A DNA stretch of 30,199 nt, taken from assembly GCA_041309685.1 (NCBI GenBank), contig JBFYZD010000202.1, positions 1-30,199 of the forward strand. The letters run 5' to 3'. The DNA comes from Gemmatimonadales bacterium (GTDB lineage: Bacteria > Gemmatimonadota > Gemmatimonadetes > Longimicrobiales > Gaopeijiaceae). Of this stretch, positions 26,445-30,199 are shown piece by piece (position 1 is the first letter of the stretch; every line of letters starts with the position of its first letter). Below the pieces are notes generated by a model. It did no database searches. It was not told where the DNA came from and worked only from the letters and a program-made list of their open reading frames with translations. The position numbers and the translations under genes are program-made.

Positions 26445-27611
26445 ATGACCTTGCTGCCCGACACGACCGAGATTTCCGCGGCGGACCTGGCCCGCCTCAT
26501 GGAAGCGGCCGCACCCGTTCAGATCATGGACCTCCGGGCTCCGGAACGGGTGGCCCAGAGCCGCATCGATACCCTCCCGCCGGAGCGGTTCCACAACATC
26601 CGGGGGTCGGAGCTCATGCAGCACACCTCCCTGGCAACCACCGGCCTGGATCCCCGGCTCCCGACGGTGCTGATCTGCGGCCAGGGGAAGGACTCCCAGA
26701 TCCTCGCCTTCCACCTGGGACGCCTGGGGTTGGATTCGTTGTCCTTGAAGGGGGGGATGGTGGCCTGGATGAACCTCGCCCTTCCCAGGGAGCTGGACCC
26801 TCCCCAGGGCGTGGATCGCCTGGTGCAGCTCGACCGGATAGGCAAGGGATGCCTGGGCTACCTGGTGGTGAGCAGCGGCGAGGCCTTGATCGTGGACCCA
26901 CCCCTCCAGGTCCAGCCCTACCTGGACCTGCTGGAAGAGACCGCCGCCACCCTGGTGGGCGTCGCCGACACCCACGTTCACGCCGATTACGTGAGCGGAG
27001 CCCCCGGCCTGGCCCATGATCTGGGAGTCCCCTACTACCTCCACCCAGCCGACTCGGTCTATCCTTATGACGGCACCCCGGGGAAGGTGGACTTCCGCGC
27101 CCTCTCCGACGGAGACCGCCTGGAGGTGGGTAAGGCCGTTCTGAGGGTGGTCCACACGCCCGGCCACACCGAGGGGAGCGTGAGCTACCTCCTCCAGGAA
27201 CGGGCGGCTCTCACCGGGGACTTCCTCTTCGTGGAGTCCATCGGACGGCCGGATCTGGGTGGGAGGGAGGAGACGTGGGCCGTGCGGCTGTGGGAGAGCG
27301 TGGAGCGGGCAAAGGGGGAGTGGGGACCGGGAATGGCCATCTATCCGGCCCATTACGCGTCACCACGGGAAAGACGGATGGGGAATGCGGTCGGGATCGA
27401 CTTCGAGACCCTTCTGCGGGAGAACCCCACCCTGGGAATGGCTGACAAGGACGAATTCGTGAGCTTCATCCTTGACAGCAAGGCTCCCTTCCCTGAGGGG
27501 TACCGGAAGATCAAGGCGCTGAACCTGGGGCTGGCTCCCCTGGTGCCGGAAGAGGTGGAAGAGCTGGAGATGGGTCGAAACGAATGCGCTCTGGGAGGAA
27601 TCAAACCGTGA
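26445..27611 (+). CDS. Rhodanese-domain / metallo-beta-lactamase-fold fusion (persulfide-dioxygenase-like sulfur-handling enzyme), 388 aa
   Basis: The N-terminal rhodanese domain has a Cys loop, VLICGQGKDS. The MBL fold follows: LVVSSGEALIVDPP…THVHADYVSG…VVHTPGHTEGS…GDFLFVESIGRPDL. ATG 26445 is preceded by AGGGGAtc. Confidence 0.7.
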   Translation: MTLLPDTTEISAADLARLMEAAAPVQIMDLRAPERVAQSRIDTLPPERFHNIRGSELMQHTSLATTGLDPRLPTVLICGQGKDSQILAFHLGRLGLDSLSLKGGMVAWMNLALPRELDPPQGVDRLVQLDRIGKGCLGYLVVSSGEALIVDPPLQVQPYLDLLEETAATLVGVADTHVHADYVSGAPGLAHDLGVPYYLHPADSVYPYDGTPGKVDFRALSDGDRLEVGKAVLRVVHTPGHTEGSVSYLLQERAALTGDFLFVESIGRPDLGGREETWAVRLWESVERAKGEWGPGMAIYPAHYASPRERRMGNAVGIDFETLLRENPTLGMADKDEFVSFILDSKAPFPEGYRKIKALNLGLAPLVPEEVEELEMGRNECALGGIKP

Positions 27612-28333
27612 ATCGCCCTGTGCTGGCTGCCGCCGTCCTGGCGGTGGGAATGATCCTGGCGGGAGGGCTGGTGGGGTGGGGGTTCCAGGCCGGCCGCTCC
27701 GCAGACCGGTTCGTTACCGTGAAGGGGATGACCGAACGGGAGGTGGAGGCGGACCTCGCCCTCTGGCCCCTCCAGATCGTGGCCGCCGACAACGACCTGG
27801 CAGCCGCCCAGACCGGGATGGAACGGATGGTGGAGCGAACCCGGGCCTTTCTCCGGGACAACGGGATACCGGACGACCAGGTCACCATCCAGGGCTTCCG
27901 GGTCCAGGACGCGCAGGCGAATCCCTATCAGGGATCGGGAGCCGCGAACCGCTTCATCATCACCCAGACCCTCATGGTCCGGTCCGAGGAACCCCGGGTG
28001 GTGGACGCGGCAGGGCAGAAGGTGGGGGAACTCGTCCAAGCCGGTGTCGTCCTGACCTCCGGGCAGGAGTACGGCCCGGGAGGCCCGACCTTCATCTTCA
28101 CCCGGGTGAACGACGTGAAGAGCGAGATGCTGGCGGAAGCCACCTCCCGGGCCCGGGAGGCGGCAGCGGAATTCGCCTCGGCCTCGGGAAGCCGGGTGGG
28201 GAAGATCCGTCAGGCCAGCCAGGGCGTCTTCCAGATCCTCCCCCGGGACCAGGCCCCCGGGATCCAGGAGCAGAACCAGCGCCTGAAGACGATCCGGGTG
28301 GTCACGACGGTGGAGTACCTGCTGGAGGGGTGA
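27584..28333 (+). CDS. SIMPL-domain (DUF541, YggE-like) periplasmic/membrane-anchored protein. Alternative GTG start at 27608.
   Basis: N-terminal signal anchor …NRPVLAAAVLAVGMILAGGLVGWGF, then a SIMPL-like body (…FVTVKGMTEREVEADLALWPLQI…RFIITQTLMVRSEEP…IRVVTTVEYLLE). The GTG at 27608 has GGGAGG 10 nt upstream and overlaps the upstream stop (GTGA). Confidence 0.6.
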   Translation: MRSGRNQTVNRPVLAAAVLAVGMILAGGLVGWGFQAGRSADRFVTVKGMTEREVEADLALWPLQIVAADNDLAAAQTGMERMVERTRAFLRDNGIPDDQVTIQGFRVQDAQANPYQGSGAANRFIITQTLMVRSEEPRVVDAAGQKVGELVQAGVVLTSGQEYGPGGPTFIFTRVNDVKSEMLAEATSRAREAAAEFASASGSRVGKIRQASQGVFQILPRDQAPGIQEQNQRLKTIRVVTTVEYLLEG

Positions 28334-28340
28334 CCCATGA

Positions 28341-28370
28341 CTCCGGGGGCGCCCTCAGGCGCCCCCGGAG
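28341..28370. repeat. Perfect 13-bp-stem palindrome, CTCCGGGGGCGCC-ctca-GGCGCCCCCGGAG
   Basis: Exact reverse-complement arms with a 4-nt loop, 8 nt after the SIMPL stop codon. Confidence 0.5.
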
Positions 28371-28395
28371 TCCCTCCTTCAGGACAGATTGTCCC

Positions 28396-28435
28396 GGGGG
28401 CCGTCCGCTCTGTCCGACGGCCCCCCTTTTCTTTC
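28396..28435 (+). terminator. Intrinsic terminator for the SIMPL gene: 10-bp GC stem plus T-tract
   Basis: GGGGGCCGTC-cgctctgtcc-GACGGCCCCC is a perfect stem, immediately followed by CTTTTCTTTC on the plus strand. It sits between convergent genes. Confidence 0.5.
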
Positions 28436-28438
28436 AGG

Positions 28439-28669
28439 TCACGCCACCTGCGCCTGCCGCTCGGCCTCCCGGAGCTTGTAACGGAGAATGGCCTCCTGGG
28501 TGCGGCCGGTCACGGAGTGAGGGGCCACCCGGCCGCAGAAGCCGATCCCGTCCACCGGCACGCAAAGCCGGTGACACCAGTGGGAGTGGCTCTTGGTCAG
28601 GGGGCATCCCAGACAGGTGTACTCGGGGACTCGGGTCCGCTCCCGCTTCACGAGGCGACGCGTGGCCAT
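28439..28669 (-). CDS. Small Cys/His-rich hypothetical protein (76 aa), a possible metal-binding or zinc-ribbon-like protein
   Basis: MATRRLVKRERTRVPEYTCLGCPLTKSHSHWCHRLCVPVDGIGFCGRVAPHSVTGRTQEAILRYKLREAERQAQVA has 6 Cys and 5 His in 45 residues and a basic N-terminus. RBS GAGAGGA lies 7 nt before ATG 28669. The ORF track's longer start runs into the AT-rich promoter region. Confidence 0.45.
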   Translation of the reverse strand: MATRRLVKRERTRVPEYTCLGCPLTKSHSHWCHRLCVPVDGIGFCGRVAPHSVTGRTQEAILRYKLREAERQAQVA

Positions 28670-28699
28670 TCTGATATCCTCTCTTCCCTTAACCGGGCT

Positions 28700-28745
28700 A
28701 AGCAAACAAGAATCATTCTCGTTATCAATAATAGCAGCTTTCGTG
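28700..28745. promoter_or_regulatory. AT-rich divergent promoter segment with a Fur-box-like 19-mer
   Basis: Local GC is about 40% against ~70% background. On the minus strand, GATAACGAGAATGATTCTT matches the Fur consensus GATAATGATAATCATTATC at 14 of 19 positions. It contains the 9-bp palindrome GAATcATTC (28710-28718) and the TATAAT-like hexamers AATAAT/TAATAG. Confidence 0.25.
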
Positions 28746-28845
28746 CCGGAAACCACCATTTCGCGGCCGGTGTTCCCCGCGAGGGGGGGAAAGCCTATCC
28801 TGTCCGGAGAGGGCACCGTGGGCCACCACCGAAGGAGCCGATTCC

Positions 28846-30195
28846 ATGGAGGCAGCAAAGGTACCGGGAGTCATCGTCGGCCACTCGAACATGGACCTGG
28901 ATTGCCTGGGCTCCATCGCCCTGGCCCGTCATCTCTTTCCCGGGTATGCCGCCCTCCAGAGCCGGCACGTCCACCCCGTCGCCATGCCCCTGGTGACCAT
29001 GTACAGGATCCACCTCAAGCTGGCCCCCCCGAAGGAGTTGAAGGGAGCGCCGGTCGAGCACCTGGTGGTGGTGGATACCCGCTCCCGGGACCGGATCACG
29101 GAGTACCTGGAGCTCTTCCAGGGGGAGCCGGGCCGGATCGATGTGTACGATCACCATCCCGGCGACTCGAGGGACATCCCCAACGCCACCTTCCACGAGA
29201 GCACCTTCGGATCGAACACCACCTTCCTGGGCACCCTCCTCATGGAGCAGGGGATCCGGATCACCCCCGACGACGCCACCATCGCCCTGACGGGGATCTT
29301 CGCAGACACCGGGAACTTCACCCACCCCAACATCACGGAGGCGGACTTCGACGTGGCCTCGTACCTCCTGGCCTCCGGCGCTTCCATGGCCCTGGTGAAG
29401 ACCTTCCTGAGCCCCCTCCGGGAGAGGATGCAGGTCACCACCTTCCACCAGGTCATGAAGGACCTGGTGTTCCGGACCATCCGGGGGCACACCATCCTCC
29501 TCAGCTACACGGAGCTGGACGGCCCCCGGCAGGGCCTCAGCCCCGTCGTGGAGAAGATCTTCGAGGTGGAGAACCCCGATGCCTACTTCGCGGTCTTCGG
29601 TTTCAATCACAACCGGAGCGCCGTGATCATCTCCAGGAACCAGAAGGAGGACATCGAGCTGGACCGGGCCATGGCAGCCTTCGGGGGAGGGGGCCACAAG
29701 AAAGCGGCGTCCGCCACCATCAAGGACGTCGAGGGAAAGGAGGTGTTCGATACCCTCCTGGAGTTCCTGGAGCGCTCCCTCAAGCCCGCGGTCACGGCCA
29801 GGGACCTCATGACTCCGGACGTGACGGTGATCGCGGAGGACACCACCCTCCTGGACGCCGCCATCCTGCTGGAGCGGATCAACCACACCGGGTGTCCGGT
29901 GGTGGACGGCGCGGGCGCCCTCACCGGGTTCGTCACGCTCCGTGACATCATGAAGGGGCGCCGCTCGGCCCAGATGCACGCCCCGGTCAAGGCGTACATG
30001 ACCCGCAGGGTGATCACGGCCTCCCCTTCCACCACCTTCCGGGAGATGGAGGAGCTCCTCCTCACCCACAACATCGGCCATCTCCCCGTCCTGGAGGACG
30101 GGAGGATCGCCGGGATCCTCACCCGCACCGATTACCTGGCCTTCCGCAGGCAGGAGAAGGAGTTGGCCAGAGCCGTGCAGGAGAGCCTCTCATGA
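28846..30195 (+). CDS. DHH-DHHA1 phosphoesterase (NrnA-like nanoRNase / pAp or cyclic-dinucleotide phosphodiesterase family) with C-terminal tandem CBS domains, 449 aa
   Basis: RBS AAGGAG lies 8 nt before ATG 28846. DHH motifs: VIVGHSNMDLDCLGS (motif I), LVVVDTRS (II), VYDHHPG (III, DHH). The DHHA1 motif is GGGGHKKAAS. Two CBS modules follow (…ARDLMTPDVTVIAEDTTLLDAAILLERINHTGCPVVD… and …VKAYMTRRVITASPSTTFREMEELLLTHNIGHLPVLEDGRIAGILTRTD). Stop at 30193-30195. Confidence 0.8.
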   Translation: MEAAKVPGVIVGHSNMDLDCLGSIALARHLFPGYAALQSRHVHPVAMPLVTMYRIHLKLAPPKELKGAPVEHLVVVDTRSRDRITEYLELFQGEPGRIDVYDHHPGDSRDIPNATFHESTFGSNTTFLGTLLMEQGIRITPDDATIALTGIFADTGNFTHPNITEADFDVASYLLASGASMALVKTFLSPLRERMQVTTFHQVMKDLVFRTIRGHTILLSYTELDGPRQGLSPVVEKIFEVENPDAYFAVFGFNHNRSAVIISRNQKEDIELDRAMAAFGGGGHKKAASATIKDVEGKEVFDTLLEFLERSLKPAVTARDLMTPDVTVIAEDTTLLDAAILLERINHTGCPVVDGAGALTGFVTLRDIMKGRRSAQMHAPVKAYMTRRVITASPSTTFREMEELLLTHNIGHLPVLEDGRIAGILTRTDYLAFRRQEKELARAVQESLS

Positions 30196-30199
30196 CCGG

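Noticed and set aside
26097-27353. N-terminal 419-aa extension of the 643-aa minus ORF ending at 25422
   Set aside because: Only the C-terminal 224 aa, from ATG 26096 with GGAGG, look like a protein. The upstream part is antisense to the rhodanese-MBL gene and is Gly/Pro-rich.
28593-30081. Plus ORF 28593-29945 and minus ORF 28795-30081
   Set aside because: They are out of frame with or antisense to the DHH-DHHA1-CBS gene, whose frame carries all the catalytic motifs.
1-30199. Search for CRISPR arrays, tRNA/rRNA genes, transposases and integrases
   Set aside because: I saw no regularly spaced direct repeats, no cloverleaf-like conserved tRNA features, and no ORF with transposase or integrase motifs. 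The T6SS island's GC content matches its flanks, so I cannot argue horizontal acquisition from composition.

Overview
This is about 30.2 kb of very GC-rich (~70%) bacterial chromosomal DNA, densely coding on both strands. Almost every antisense frame is open, so the ORF track is full of spurious long ORFs; I called genes from protein motifs, RBS placement and operon logic.

The window carries three full-length paralogs, plus one remnant, of the MacB/FtsX-type 'ADOP' (acidobacterial duplicated orphan permease) ABC permease family. One is PadR-coupled and carries a prefix domain. This pattern is typical of Acidobacteriota-like genomes.

The main feature is a ~9.5 kb co-directional operon-like block at 5202-14724. 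It looks like an orphan type VI secretion 'spike/effector' island: vgrG, a DUF2169::pentapeptide-repeat fusion, two more pentapeptide-repeat proteins, a DUF3540-like protein, a minimal PAAR-like DUF4150 protein, and a small GxSxG alpha/beta-hydrolase. No T6SS core genes (tssB/C, hcp, tssM and so on) and no obvious immunity gene are in the window.

Downstream and convergent to the island is a peptidoglycan-remodelling operon: an M15 DD-carboxypeptidase, an M14 MpaA-like peptidase and a fused SpmA/SpmB-like membrane protein. It resembles Bacillus dacB-spmAB.

Further genes, in order:
- PadR plus an ADOP permease, then a decayed ADOP remnant.
- A secreted NTF2-like protein.
- An atypical single-domain response regulator with Glu at the phospho-acceptor position, next to a membrane fatty-acid desaturase.
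- A SlyD-like FKBP.
- A flotillin/NfeD pair.
- A rhodanese-MBL fusion.
- A SIMPL protein.
- A small Cys/His-rich protein behind an unusually AT-rich, Fur-box-like divergent promoter.
- A DHH-DHHA1-CBS phosphoesterase.

I found no rRNA, tRNA, CRISPR array or transposase.
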